A stretch of 56,778 nucleotides of DNA, counting the filler, from Bipalium vagum (Eukaryota), in the NCBI GenBank assembly GCA_037834085.1. It is 3 parts of 3 records of this genome, joined end to end, with 100 filler letters (N's around TTAATTAATTAA, not from the genome) between each part and the next. Parts side by side here need not be neighbours in the genome. Positions count along the whole stretch, not along the records: positions 40,442 to 56,778 come from JBBMKC010115606.1; 2 more parts are not named here. One strand, 5' to 3'. Under the pieces are notes generated by a model that saw nothing but the letters and a program-made list of their open reading frames with translations, did not search any database and was not told where the DNA came from. This document shows positions 40,690-53,824 of this stretch, piece after piece; the stretch's first letter is position 1, and the number at the start of each line of letters is the position of its first letter. Both the position numbers and the translations under genes were made by a program.

Positions 40690-41145
40690 AAATCCATGAA
40701 GGTGATTCAGCATGATTTTACAATGAGGCCTATCTAGTTTGGGAATCCCTAGACGACCGAACGTGACCTAGTGGGCGACCGGGGGACCGATTGTCGCTGA
40801 GGTTGAGAGAGTTTTCTTTTTGTTATTTCACATTTGATTTAATCGACATTTGATGTAATTGACATTCGATATTATTGACATTTGAGTATTATAGTTTTAG
40901 CATCTGTAGTACATTTTTGATGAACTTAAACATTTATTGTGATCTGTTTGAGTATTGATTGCTTTCATATTGAGAATTGTAAAAAAGTTTTTTGTGTATT
41001 TTGGTTCACACTAGTGCACACAGAGATAAAGTTTTATAGGGATTTTGTTGACTTGATAGATGATAGATTTTTGTGGTAATTTAAATTTAACGAACACGAT
41101 ATCAACAAAGTGAGGAGTTAGGGAAGTTTGAGATAAAAGTTACAT
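40690..41145 (+). mobile_element. 3' part of an LTR-family copy
   Basis: GCGACCGGGGGACCGATTGTCGCTGAGGTTGAGA resembles the reverse complement of 18430-18470. Ends AAGTGAGG...AAGTTACA like other copies. Confidence 0.5.
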
Positions 41146-41984
41146 ATATTTTATTTAAATATTACATATATTTTTCTGGTGCCCCTCTTATTAAAAGCAT
41201 TTTTTCTTAAATTACAAACGGTTAAAATTGAGATTTTCTTTAATGAGCAATTTATTTAAACAAATTTTTAAACATATTTTTTCAAGAATAAATTAACAAA
41301 AAAATATTTCCAAATATTATTGATAAATCCGGATAATTCGTATCAATAAAGTTTTTTTTCACTTTGTTGAGAATAATTTAATTGAATTTTATCCTTTCGA
41401 AAATTACCAACTATCTTGTTCCGAGACAGGAGACATTTTCAATCATACATTACCTAAAAGATCAGATCTTGGTTTTCGACTCCGCGATCAATCTATAGCG
41501 CCGTTCTAAAGGCTGGAATATCGGCACGATTTTCTTGATGATCGTCCAGGAAATTCCTGTGAACTCTGAGACATTGTCGTGAAGAGATTTGTTCAATTAT
41601 TTATGCCTTTTGCGAGCAATAACACGAAACGCTGTATATTGTAATAAATACCTCACCATTACCTCAAACTGTCAAGGTAATTAACAATAATCTCACTCGT
41701 GAAACAGATGAATTATTTATCGTAAAGGCAGACTGTCATTTACTTTATTATTTTTTTCTTTTATCCTTTGACTATATTTTTTTTATTGAACATTATTAAT
41801 TTAAACAGACTTTTTTATTTTTTAAAAATTATTTATTTCATCTTTAAAAAGTTACCAAAGTCCGCGAAACTGAGTTTTATATTTAATCAAAATTATTATT
41901 ATTTTGTTTATTTAAATTAAATTTTAATTAATTAAATTTCAAATTAATTTCTCTTTTTAAGTTTGTAAATAAAAAAATAATATA

Positions 41985-42639
41985 CGTTGGTGAATCAAAA
42001 AGTAAAGATACAAAGCATTTAATATTTTTCGTAGATAAGCAATAAAACCATAATACGTTATAACTTGTTTGCTACAATAAAATAAGAAATATTGATTAAA
42101 GGAATATTTTTATATCAATTTTAGATAAAAAACATGAAGCCTGTTTTAAAAAATTGCACCAAATAAGAACAAAAAGCTGTTATTCGTTTTTTGTATGCAG
42201 GTGTTTCTTCAGCTGATATTCACCGAAGAATGCTTGCCCAATACGGAGTAAATAGTTTTAACCGACAAAACGTAAATATGTTGGTAAACAAATTCATAAA
42301 TGGACGAACAAGCCTAAAGGATGAAGATCGGTCCGGAAGACCTGAAACATCGAAAACAGTTGATAACATTGCACAAGTTGAAGAAATAATCAAAAAAACA
42401 GGTGACTTACCTATTTGGACCCATGAAAGAGAAATTAGAAGGAAAAAATCGGTGAAAGATTTCTTGAAAGCAAAAGACAAAAACGTCTTTGCTAAAGGAA
42501 TGCAGAAGTTAGTTGACAGATGGACGAAGTGCATCGAAAAAAATGGTGATTATGTTGAAAAAAAATTGTCTGTATATGTTATAATTTTTGAAAATAAAAT
42601 AATATAAAGCTTGTATCTTTACTTTTTGAGTCACTCACA
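41985..42639 (+). mobile_element. Short non-autonomous mariner deletion derivative with TIRs
   Basis: TIRs GTGAATCAAAAAGTAAAGATACAAAGC / GCTTGTATCTTTACTTTTTGAGTCAC. The ORF fuses the HTH region (LKDEDRSGRP) directly to the C-terminal GMQKLVDRWTKCIEKNGDYVEK. Confidence 0.85.
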
Positions 42640-44916
42640 TAAATTCAAGTTGATTTTTAAGTTAGAGTTTTATGAAAATTTTCGATAATCTACTTTTTAA
42701 ATAGAAAATTTTTTTTTAATGATTTTTAATAAAAAAAGAAAAAATTGATAAAAATGTTTGCTCAGAAATAAAAAACTGTTATTATATTTTATAAAAAAAA
42801 TAATATAAAATTGATTGAAATTTTAAAAATTGAAAAAATTCAGCTAATTTAAACAAAAGAATAAAAAAATATTTATCAGATCATCTGCTTTTAGTGTGAA
42901 AAAAGCTCTTCAATTACAAATAAAATATTTAACAGGATAATGTTGTCTTACACGTCTCTTTTTATTTTTTCAATTTTATTTATCAAAATAATTCAGGAAA
43001 ATATTCATAATTGCAATAAAAAAATTTTTCAACGTAAATTTAAAATAATTAATTTTAAAAAATTTTTTCAAGGAAAATGATAAAAAGAGTGAATTAATTT
43101 ATACCATGAGAATCTTCAATCTTAAAATCAAATAAAAATGAATAAATAAAACCAATAAAATAATCATTATAAAATTGAGAATCTTCAATTTTACAACCTA
43201 ATAAAAATAAATCAATAATTTTTTAAAAAATATCGAATTAAAAATTCAATGGTTTGATAATTTAATTGGTTTGAAAATTCCTTTTTCCTGTGCAGAAAAA
43301 ATAACTATGGGCTTGTAACTTGTTGACGTTAGTATAGCGACCATGGTGAATTTTAATTTGCCCATACTAATCAACATACTAATCAGGGTTTGTCACGTCA
43401 TTTGTAGGTTTTATCATTACATTTTTAATTTTTTGCTTTATCTTTAATAAATGGATAGAGCCTTTTTCCATAAATATAAAAAATATAAACGTAATTTGTA
43501 TCGAAAACAAAACATAATCAAATATATTTTTTGTAACAAATCTTATCCAACGTCAACATTTATCTATAAAAAATCTTGGGTATTGATTTATGCTTCTTGG
43601 AAATCGTTTTCAAAAGGAATAGAATTCTTTGAGATGAAAGAGAGAAAGAGAGGTTAAGAGCTCTTAAGTTACACTATCAAAACTATAATTGTTGGCTGAG
43701 GAAGGAAGAAATCATAAAGTTAAAAGCTCAATACTTTAAAATAGAGACAAACAAATCACATTGATCCAGATTTATGAATAGTCTGATCCAGAGATAATGC
43801 AACAATCAGAAATATAAATCTTACAGATCATAATCAATGTTGTCACTTATATTATTTTAAAATTATTTTTTTCTCAGTGTCTGGCTTAAAATGCAAAAAA
43901 AATTCGTTGAAGTTTTCACAATTTTTTATATCATTACTTTTATCGATTGGTAGTTTTCAATGTTTTCTTTATGATTATCTTAACTTCCTATTGATCAAAC
44001 CTACCACAAGTAGATTTTTCTCTTGCTTCACAACTAAATATATTCGAATTATCTGGAGTAGTCCACTTGCAGAAAATTCCAGAGTTTAAGGTGTCTCCAT
44101 TGATGAAGGAGTCGAGTGGTTAGTAAATTCTCCCTGTTTTCATTTCCACTTCAAGCCAATGAAAATATTGAAAGATTTTACAAAAATTTCTAAAAATATA
44201 TTTCAGAAATGAGATCCGAAAATATTTATTTTTAAGGATCAATTTTAGAATTTGTTTAAATGTGTCAAATAATTTTTCAAGGTTGTTTTATTTTGAATTT
44301 AGATTGTATAAATTTTTGTTAAAAATAGTACCATTTTTTTATACCAATCCATTATACCAATCTACCTTTGTTTTAAGAATTTTTTTTCATATTCTCAATA
44401 TTTCATCAGTATACAAAATGTTTAATTAATGATAAATTTTTATGCTTGTACGATTTTTGGTACCGAATACTTAATGATCATTTAAACAAATTTCATTGAA
44501 TTTAAAAGGAATCTGGAAAGAAAAACTAAAATGATATAAAAGCTGTCCACTAATTATTGGCTTGTGCACATGAAATTTCGGATTGTGCAATCATTTTTGA
44601 ATGAAATATCACATTTAAATATAAAATAAGAACTCTAATACAATTATACAAGTCCAGATGTTTTTAAAAGTATTTTTGTGCTTTTGTTTATCAAATGGTA
44701 CCCGAAGACTGAAACAGATTAGTTGCTTTTCAAAAATCTGTATATTAACAACAAAGTAATTGAAAAATTAAGTTTGTTTAAATATTTTAATTTGTAAATT
44801 AAAACTGGCAATTTTATTTGAAAAGTACGTTTAAGTAATATTTTCAGTGATATAATAAAGTATGTAGAAGCTTGAATATAGTTATAATGATTGTAAGATA
44901 AATTGAAAATTAGTCG

Positions 44917-44947
44917 GGGGATGTAGCTCAGTGGTCCCGGTATCTCC
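44917..44947 (+). pseudogene. Internally deleted tRNA-Ala remnant
   Basis: GGGGATGTAGCTCAGTGGT (tRNA-Ala 5' end with A-box) joined to CCCGGTATCTCC (3' T-stem/acceptor strand). The anticodon arm and most of the T arm are missing. Confidence 0.7.
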
Positions 44948-47900
44948 GATTAATTTTCAACTAACAACGATTTTTCAACGATTGATTGCGTTGTCGAATA
45001 ATAACGACTAAAGTCAGAGATTTTAAATGAATGGGGTATGTTGCTCAAAGTCAAGAAATGGCGGATTGTGGATAAATAATTAAAACCGCGGTGAAAGTTG
45101 TTTATATTTCTACCATCGTATATTCGAAAAACAAAAAAAAATTTTAAAATTATTTTTTTCTGTTTTAGTCTTTTAGTACCATTGGGTAACCAAAACACAA
45201 AACTGTAAACAAAAGACAGTTATGTAAAGCGTAGTTTTGCCATAAATTCTTGTCCGCGGGAATTCGAATAATTAACCTAAATTTTAATTTGTTAATTACA
45301 CATTTGAATAATTTGTTTAACTGCTCTTCACTTTATTAAAAAGATAATAAATTAAGTAATTATTATGAAAATTAAATTTTTTAATTTGTTTAAGTAGTCC
45401 TGCCAAGAAATCATAATTATGGAAAAAGTAAATGTTACTAAACAAATTATTTATTGATTAATAAATAATGGAACTTTGGAATCAAAAATATTAAATTTTT
45501 TTTCTAAATGATTAATAAATAATGTGAAAAGTGTCAGTCATTTGTGTAATAAGACTTTGAAAAAGGAAAAGGATGTAAGCCAAGGAAGTAGGCAATAACC
45601 CCAGAAATATTATATTCTTATAAGTGTTAAAACAAAGTTTTACTGATGTTTAAAATGTATAAAAACAATAAAATTGAAAAGTATTTTAACACTCAGACGG
45701 CTGAAGAAATAAACTTACGCAATAAGCTGAATATATACACTTGTAACTATATTTGTCAAAAAACATATATCAATAATTATTTCAATCAATAATCAATTAT
45801 ATATACTAGGGTGAGTCAAAGTGTTAAAGGTCTTAATTAACAAAACATGAAAAGCCTGTAAAAAAAGAAATCAAATTCAATCTTAGAAAAAAAATCTATT
45901 GTGATCTATTTGATCCTTTTGGCCAAATTTTAAATTACGACGCGAAGAATTCGTTGATTTTGACCTTGGTGTATTGCAAACTGGCAAAGGTTCGCCGTGA
46001 AGGAAATAAGCAATCGACCTGAAAAGATAATAGCCAGTAGGCGATTATACAGGATACTCAACCAGCTCGATCACATCAAGATGTTGAAGTTTTCGCTGGG
46101 TTTGCGGACGGTGTTGATGGAGGCATTATCTTGCTACAGGAGAACTTGTAGATATGTCAAAAAAATCAGATTAATATGACTTTTCAAAAATATAAATTTT
46201 CAAATCAAAATGAATTTTTTGGAACTTTGCTCATTTTCCTGTAAGAAGGTATTTGGCTGACCAAAAGTTTCTTAGAGTCTCAAAATATAATTTATAAATT
46301 TTATTCTTATCTGTAACTTTCCAATTAAGAGACCAATTTATTATTAAATTTTCAATGGAAGTTAAAATGGAACTGTTGATGAATCTTCTGGTTGATGTTG
46401 TTTTGTCCAGTTTAATTTTCATAAGCAGGATTTGAAAGACAAGCCAAAGACCGGATGAACCCAAGTGTCTTTTTTCAATGTATCGATTCAATAACATTTG
46501 GAATGATATATATCAGTCTGGGTAAAAATAAATGTTTGGTAACTTTTTTAAAGAAAATATTTGAATTCTTTTTGTTGAAAATTATGTATTGATTAATAAT
46601 TGTATTTCGTTATTAGAGTAAAATATAAATTGATTGTAATTATTTCTAATTATATATATATATAGATAATATATAAATAGATAATAGAAATATTGGAGTT
46701 TAATGAGGCTGATCGAAAATATGTTTTGCGATTTGGGGGAGGAGATGAGAATCTGGCCATCGACCTTTGACTTTAAATTGTCACTTGTTGAAAAAAGGCA
46801 TTGAGTTAGATTCTCAGTAATCCACACGCGAATTTCCCTATAAGTCTGATTGTTCTCAGAAGAATATCTGTAACAAAATACAACAACAATTATTTTTGTG
46901 CAAGATTTACTGACAGCTTATCATACTGGTCCAGGAAAAAATTTGATTGAACTAAAACTATACTTTAATTTATTTAACTCAAAAAAAAATATAAATAAAA
47001 TATAAATAAATTTATGAAGAAAACGATCATTCGGAACAAAATTCCCCTTTTAGTTATTTTCTTTTTTGTTTAATACTTTCTCCAACCTTTTTAATGTCTA
47101 AAAATCAGAATATTCCCAAAAAATCTTTCAATATTTTTTAAAATAAAAAATCTAATTAAATTCACAACAGAATTAATTGGTCATTAAAATGACAGAATTA
47201 ATACAATTTACGATTTAATTAATTTCTAAATAAAAATAATTACAATTTTGATGATATTAATTAAATAATGAAACAAAAATTAAATATTATCAATTTTGAT
47301 GAGTGAATAATGGGAAAAAATCGATTTCATGTTGATTTAAATGTGAATTTTTCATTTTATTAATTTTAAATTGATTATTAAGTTTTAATTAAAAATCATT
47401 AAAAAAACAATGGGATTCAAGACTAAAATGTCATCAATCACGGAAATATTGATTACATAGAATTTAAATTCAAGTAATTACAGACTCCGTGAGTAATGGA
47501 CAAACATAATAAATCAACAGGTGTGTTGGCAGATTATGCGACGAGGTGTGTGCGTAGGTGTGTATACGTGTTTCTAAGTAGGTGTTGGTTAGTATTCATA
47601 TAATGATGCCTACCATCAGGTGATGTATACCACAAACAAGCATTAATAAATACACACACTCACAAACACACAAACACCCTCTTTTGAGCTTGTATATTCA
47701 ATGATTTTGATAAACAAAATCGAGCCAAGTTTTCGTGGAGATGATGCATATGTTTTGTGTTAAAGCGATTAATTTTTCGTGAAGATCTCTTTTTTTGTTA
47801 TGGATAATTTTTATTTTTATATATACAATTTCCTTTTAATCATTTCCATCATTTGCAACCGGTAAAGGGGACTTTTTGAAAACAAAGTCAACAACAACAA

Positions 47901-48287
47901 AAAAAAACAAATTGTTAATCGAAATTGGCCCCTTTGCATCAAATACTCTACAAATATTTTGCAGCGTTGACGACGCTTCCAATTTCACACCCGCGCATAC
48001 ATCCGCGCGCACACAACGCGCACACCGACGACCATTTGACAAAGTCATCAGCTCCAATCAATTTCTATTGGTCAACAGTAATTGACAGAGCTGATTTACA
48101 GTGATAGCCAACGCTGAATTGTGATTCTGCCTCAAGTTAAGAACTGTGGCCCAGAAGTTGATGCTAACGTCAATTTGTAAGTGTATATTTAGCTGATTTA
48201 AAGGCAAAATTAAAATTTGTCCAGCTCGTTCTCAGCGATCGAAGGTAATATATTTTTCATGGTAAAAAGTAATACTTCATAATTTTA

Positions 48288-48611
48288 TTAAACGAAAATT
48301 TTCATTTTTCCCCACCCGGGGTCCTTTTTCCATTCAGACTGTTTTCCCCAAATTGGTGGTACCTTTTCCCAACCAGGTTGTTTTCCCCAAATTGGTGGTA
48401 CTTTTTCCCACCCGGATCGTTTTCCCCACATTGTTGGCACCTTTTCCCATCCGGATCGTTTCCCCCACATTGCTGGCACCTTTTCCCACCCTCTCTTTTC
48501 TTTCTTTGGACATTTACCTGTAAAAACTGCAGATTTATCATTGCACCTCACTGGATCTTCATTTGAACAGGTCACAAATACGACCAGAAAACACAATGTT
48601 ACAATAATCAT
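48288..48611 (-). CDS. Wamide (MIP/allatostatin-B-like) neuropeptide precursor, 107 aa
   Basis: Signal peptide MIIVTLCFLVVFVTCS; KR-GWEKVPAMW-GKR, SGWEKVPTMW-GKR, SGWEKVPPIW-GK, QPGWEKVPPIW-GK, QSEWKKDPGW-GK. The ATG at 48611 directly follows a TTTATATTCAG acceptor. Confidence 0.85.
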   Translation of the reverse strand: MIIVTLCFLVVFVTCSNEDPVRCNDKSAVFTGKCPKKEKRGWEKVPAMWGKRSGWEKVPTMWGKRSGWEKVPPIWGKQPGWEKVPPIWGKQSEWKKDPGWGKMKIFV

Positions 48612-51089
48612 CTGAATATAAATATAACTGATAATAATAATCATTATGATAAAAGGAAAGTAATATAAAAATAAAATCTTTAGTAAAGAACAAAGCCTGA
48701 AAATTTTTTTTTAATCTTTTTTCTGCGGGTTCTTTTTAAAAAAAATTTTATTTCCATAGGAGAAAAGTCCCCACCCACATAAAAATATCAATTACTTTTA
48801 ACATGTGGAAAGGTATTTTGTTTTAATCGAGCGAAGAATCTGCCTTAAGTAGTGACCGATATGCTGTTTGTTCAACAAATTAACTTCCACTCCTTAATGC
48901 ATTTTTGTGTCAACATGGACATATTTTTTTATTTATTTTTCTTGGTAAACGTGATCCTAATTGAGACACTTTAGCTTTTGCTGTCAGATGGTGTACCAAA
49001 ACCGTTTACGTCTTGGTCCCCATCAACCAGCAATAATGAAGTGATTTGCATCGAAACTTGAAAAGAATAAATTCAATATTGAATTGTTTTATTTATATTT
49101 AAAAATGCTGTCCAACGTTCAGTGTTGATTAAAATTAGTCAATTTTTACCGTATCCTTTGAAGCCTCTACGGATTGGTTAAGGGTTGCATTTCCTCTGAT
49201 ACGGGAGTGATCCGTCAGATGATGGAGAAAAGTTGGTGAAAATTGTGAAAAGTTTTCTTTTTTCGGTGAGTAAATTACAATTTATCGATTTCATCAAGAT
49301 TTATACTTTATATTATATTTATATATAATTATTTATATTTACAGATTGTTTTTGGTGTATCATTTAAAATTATTATCGGAAAGTTTTTCTTTTATATATT
49401 TTATCACATCTAAAACGGATAAGCGTTAATGCTATTAATTGTAAAACGATTTTTGAAATAGTTCTAAATAAAATGAATATTTTGTTTGAATCAACTCGAA
49501 TAGAAGTTTATTAATTATTTTATATATTCCAATTTCCAATAATAAATTAATTTTTCCTAATTAAATAAATTGAATTAATCACTTCAAAACCTGCCTTTCT
49601 TTTTCGTTATAAAAATTGTTATATTTTTATTAATTTAGGCTTATTTCTTCGGACGAAGTCATTTCTTCAGAAAAAGTATTTAATTGTAGGAAGAACCGAT
49701 TTCGTCCGCTTTATGAATAATTATATATGAAAGAACTTTTCAAATAATCATTATAGTAATAGTCAATGAATGGCTGTCGTTTGGGCTGTAATGATTTCAG
49801 TCGACTCTATTATGTGTGTTCCTCATTAACATTGAAAATGGATACCGACTGCAGTTCTAATAAATGGTTCTTAACTCTGAAGAGTTTTAAATGGGGGGAG
49901 GGGGTGGTTAAATGGTCCTCCCTAAAGTTGGAATAAGGAGTAAATAGTTGACTGATGAACAGGTTTGAGACCGTACAACTGTTGAAGACGATTTGGTTAT
50001 TATGTATCGTAGCAATTGGAAAAATCGGTCATTATAATAATTTCCTAAACTGCCTTAACAATAAAAGATTAATGAAATCAATTCTAAATCACAAATTAAT
50101 CAATTTTATTGTTATTGGAAAATTCTGTTACTAATACCGAAACTGATATCCAGATATTATAATTTTCTGTGTACCATATTTTTCCATAATAATAACAAGT
50201 TAATCAATAATGCAGTCTCATCTTTATTTACATCTTTTTTTCCACCAAGCAGTAGATATCAATACACCAGAATTTACCAGGTAAGATCTCGCAGTTGTTG
50301 AGTCATTGTTGTCAAAGATGGTAATCGAACGGAACTAGATCACTCAAAATAGTATGAAAACACGAAGAGGTCTATAAGAATTGCGATAATCAATAATAAA
50401 AATAGTGTGGTAAAAGTCTTTTTTTCTAAGTCACATATTCTGGGATCATGGCTTCAAGTAAAGTAATAGTTAAATTTTCCTTTATATAATAGTTCTGGCG
50501 AGTTGTTATCGTCTAGTTGTAAACCCATATGTTACATGTCAAAAATTATTTCCTGATATTTGCAATTGGTCAGCAAAAAGCTGATACATAATTATTGATA
50601 TCAAAGTCCCCTTTGAATCAGATGTCTCTTTTTAATGTTAAGATAAAGTAAACAAGTAAATATCAGATTTAATTAGATGAAACTAGTCAAACTCGGGAAG
50701 AACATGGTGCTCTGACATCAGAAAATTTATAGTCGGAACTGGAAGCTTGTGAATTCCGTCAAACTAAAAAACTCGGGGCCTTGTGATTTATAAAAGTCAA
50801 AATTAACAGTATAATGGAAAAATGTGCTGTCACAGCAATCATCGAAATTCATAAAATTTGGAAAAATTCATAGCTAGAACAGAAACAAACATCTAAAAAT
50901 TTCCAATGTCTATCACAACCATATGCTTGATTTAAAGTATATCACGGTTTTTGTTTTTGTGCCATAAGAAGTTGTTAACTATCTTCCAATATTGATTTTC
51001 ATTAATGGTTTTCATTTTCATTTCCGAAAAAGTAATGATCAATCAATTTTATAGTCCAAAACTCAAATTTTGATTGGATAGAGTTTTGT

Positions 51090-52190
51090 GGTTTCTTGGA
51101 TCATGTTTTTTGACCGAAATGACTATCAAGTCTCTTTTTTGACCTATCTCAATTTTTCATGTTAATATTAAAGAAATAAATATTCCATCCTATGCAATTA
51201 TGTTTTAAGGGAAAACAGTTAGGAAAACTATAATTATTACTGATTGGTTTTTAAATTTAAAGAAATTCAAAGTACCTTAAATAAACGTGTCCATTAAAAA
51301 AAGCAATACTTTTGGACCATCTTTTTTTCTTATTTCTTTTTGATCTTTACTTAGTTTATTTCTCTTTTTTTCACCAATCTTGGGCAGCACAGAACACAAC
51401 AAATGTTCATCATTCACTCACATAAAAGGAAAACCAAGACTTATCTGAGTGTAGAATGGATAACTCACAACTCCCTTAACACACCAGTTCCTAATTATTC
51501 CGAAAATACCTTGATGTACAAAATAAATCCCATTGCTATATCACTTTCCAACCTCAAAGATATTGTCGTGTAGATGAGCGAATGAATCAGAATACAATTC
51601 CTTGATTCATTCATTGATGGTTACTTATTGACCCTTTATTGTTCTTACGATTTTATAAAAAATATAGATAAATAAATAAGGGATAAAAATAAAGATAACT
51701 TTTTAAGTTCTTGGTCATAGCTGTGAAGCTAGAAGCGATGGGTCCCGAGAAGATCATAAAAGTCAATTCCTGAAGACACTGGCGTTTCAAAATCTGTCGT
51801 TATTAATTTCTATGCAGAAATGAGGAAGAAATGTGAGATTTTTTCTTGAAAATTAAATAAAAATTGGAGAACCCATGTTCTAAACTGTTTAAAGATGAAA
51901 TTTATGTTCATCGAACTGTCAACCACAAGATGATAGGGAGACTGGTGCTCGCACGCAAAGATTTGAATCGATTTGGGGGAAAACTATGGTGATCTCTTAA
52001 AGGAATGTGGCGCTAAAATATTCAATCGAGAAACTGTAAACCAGTTTTTTATTTAATAAATTTACAAAAAGAAAATTATTTACTTTTGTTATTTTTACGA
52101 TTTGTTTCAAGTCTCTTTTTTGACCGGTCAATCGTTTCAAGTATGTTTTTTTGACCGGTCAATCGTATCAAGTCGGTCAAGAAAAACATT
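51090..52190 (+). mobile_element. Merlin (IS1016/ISXO2-like) transposon remnant
   Basis: TGVSKSVVINFYAEMRKKC, VHRTVNH and ETGARTQRFESIWG motifs at 51775-51980. TTTTTTGACC subterminal repeats at both ends. Confidence 0.7.
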
Positions 52191-52459
52191 ATCCGGTTTC
52201 TCAATTCATGATTGTCTTAAAAATTGTTTCAGAAGGATTTTCTTTACTATTAAATTGTCACATATGAAATGTCCGAATTTTGAAAACTTTTCTAACTAAT
52301 ACAAGTCAAGTATTAATTAATTATTATTATAAATAACTATCATATAAAATTTATTAATATATCAATTTGAAATTTGAAAAAGGAATAATCGTTAGATAAT
52401 CTTTGTTTTAATTTTAGAATTATTTATCAAAATTTCAGATGACAAGGAATTAAAAATAA

Positions 52460-52770
52460 AAAACACGGAATTGCGAACTATATTTTTATTTAAATGGAAA
52501 TTGAAGCATGATTGAACATAAGCTGCCCAAGACAATTTTTTCCGCATTGGAGACGGTTCAGTTAATGAACGAATAATTCGCGTTAGTTCGACAAATTTCA
52601 AAAAGGTTACCTAACCATGCTCAATGTTGGCAGATAGCACACCAGTGTTCTAATTAGTAACGACGATTTACGAATCGAGGTTGAATTAAATACTAACAAA
52701 ACCAATCGAGAACTTGGAAAAAAGTTGAAGGTTAGTCGTCACACTATTTCGAGACATTTGAAATAATAAT
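52460..52770 (+). mobile_element. Mariner N-terminal fragment
   Basis: KNTELRTIFLFKWKLKH...GDGSVNERIIR...TNRELGKKLKVSRHTISRHL, with stops. Confidence 0.65.
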
Positions 52771-53824
52771 GTTTAATTATAAAAGGTATTTTGTACTGAA
52801 TCAGGTAACTTGTTTATTTATTAAGTTTACAGTGGTTTTAGAACGGTCACAATGGCAAAAAGTAATAAAATATTTTCCAATAGTTTCCACAACATTAGAT
52901 ACAATTTTATAGTGAATTTTAAAAAAAAATTTGTACCTTGCTTAGTTTTTACTTTCCACAGTCAATTCTTAAGATTTACTGATAACAGTAATACAAATCA
53001 CTTTACTGAGAAAAATCGACATCCAATTTAAAACTTCATTCCATTTTTGAAAACTTTGACGGAAATTATTTTATTTTACACCATTAATAATTTCTTTTAT
53101 AAACTATTCTTATTCTTCATCTTGTATGATGGCGAATATTGGTCACTAGATATGGTTTTTTATTTAAGAAATGGGTTATATGAGTCATGTATAGTGCTGG
53201 ACAATTTTTTTTGACCATCAAATTTTTTCAGTTATTAAACTCAAATCTTTTTATTATAATAAGTTGTACATATAAAAATAATTAAATATTTATATTAAGA
53301 TTTAAGAATTAATTTAAAAAATCTAAAATATGATAATAAAGAAAAAATATTTTCACCATTTTATTTTGTTGTTAGATTTGTCAATAAATATGACCTTTAA
53401 TATTTGTTTGAATATTATAACTAATTTAAAATCGTTAATAATTAAATTCAATTATTCATATTTTTGACATGTATTCAGCTGATTTCATTAACAAAGTTCG
53501 GGGCCTATACGAGAATAATAAAAATTACAGTAACAATGCATATAAAAATGTATATATGATTTCAGTTATCGTGTTTAAATAAGATTATTTTGTATAATTA
53601 AAAACTGAATACATACATATGTTTTATAATTGTTTATTTAATAGTTTTTCAGGTTAGTTTACTTGATAACGAGGACTTGGAAAATTCTACTTTGCTAAGG
53701 AGCCAATCCAACCAAAGGCAAATGTTCTTTTGACAAAGGATTTACGTATCGTGCCATACGCATGTTTGTTTTAGTTTAAAGAGGACTATGTAATATATTA
53801 ATATTATTGTAGTTATTATTATTG

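Noticed and set aside
44040-44135. GVSIDEGVEWLVN resembling an Arf-family C-terminus
   Set aside because: In-frame stop immediately upstream and no other GTPase motifs nearby.
47836-48085. ORFs on both strands in the GC-rich patch
   Set aside because: Non-ATG starts and no motif; better explained as regulatory DNA.
48302-48566. Alternative-frame repeat ORFs (RCQQCGGNDPDGK; FPPHCWHLF) and a CRISPR-like reading of the 36-bp repeats
   Set aside because: Shadows of the neuropeptide repeat. Units are tandem with no spacers, and the context is eukaryotic.
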